Positions 33,905 to 34,115 of a stretch of DNA of 34,115 nt are shown in pieces. Numbering within the stretch: the stretch's first letter is position 1; the number at the start of each line of letters is the position of its first letter. Location: contig JAGMDE010000001.1 in the NCBI GenBank assembly GCA_023128855.1, positions 1 through 34,115 of the forward strand, given 5' to 3'. The position numbers and the translations under genes are program-made. The DNA comes from Thermoplasmatales archaeon. Lineage in GTDB: Archaea > Thermoplasmatota > E2 > DHVEG-1. Under the pieces are notes generated by a model that made no database searches, was not told the DNA's origin, and saw only the letters and a list, made by a program, of their open reading frames with translations.

Positions 33905-34075
33905 TCAAAACGCATGTTTACAATTTTCACAACTGTTTTGACTATTAGAACTTACTTTTGAGCTAAATTTAGAGCAAACCTCATGTTCGAATACTGGTCG
34001 ATTTAAAGCTTTGCATCTAATTACTTTTTTTTGTATTTTATTTTCATTATCGCGTCTTCTTCTATTTTTATTCAT
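33905..34075 (-). CDS. possible basic Cys-containing micro-protein (56 aa)
   Basis: Own translation: MNKNRRRRDNENKIQKKVIRCKALNRPVFEHEVCSKFSSKVSSNSQNSCENCKHAF. Four Cys, ending in CxxC. No clear SD. Confidence 0.3.
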   Translation of the reverse strand: MNKNRRRRDNENKIQKKVIRCKALNRPVFEHEVCSKFSSKVSSNSQNSCENCKHAF

Positions 34076-34115
34076 TTCTAACTCACTATAGTTATATTCT
34101 TAGCTATATTCACTG

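Overview
This is an AT-rich archaeal window. The archaeal markers are an adjacent prefoldin-alpha/FtsY pair, an archaeal/eukaryal-type TrpRS, PGF-CTERM sorting tails, lipobox lipoproteins, and TATA-like promoters with GGAGG leaders. I cannot assign a taxon without searches.

The first ~11 kb looks like housekeeping DNA. It holds an aminotransferase fragment, a sugar-1-P nucleotidylyltransferase plus phosphohexomutase, a PKD lipoprotein, a KaiC/RecA-like ATPase, pfdA, ftsY, a CBS protein and trpS.

From ~11.1 to ~33.2 kb the content looks accessory:
- A convergent, overlapping B12-radical-SAM / YcaO pair.
- A giant secreted clan-CD peptidase.
- A three-unit array of surface-protein cassettes (17.4-25.1 kb). 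It has conserved promoter/leader/signal-peptide heads, mosaic lipoproteins, and two PGF-CTERM-anchored peptidoglycan-lytic enzymes: a SleB-like one that is frame-broken and an SLT-like one.
- One intact multi-HTH gene whose last ~17-20 nt recur at six places, marking cassette boundaries.
- A divergent Cys-peptidase-like / transglutaminase-like pair.
- A MarR-MMPL operon bracketed by composite repeats. These repeats contain tRNA T-arm/acceptor-like fragments, a GC-rich GNRA-capped hairpin and a conserved palindrome.

Several micro-ORFs shorter than 60 aa are absent from the ORF track; I found them by eye, including a paralogous 37/39-aa pair. I saw no rRNA, intact tRNA, CRISPR array, integrase, transposase or reverse transcriptase. 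All functional calls rest on motif recognition by eye, not on database searches.
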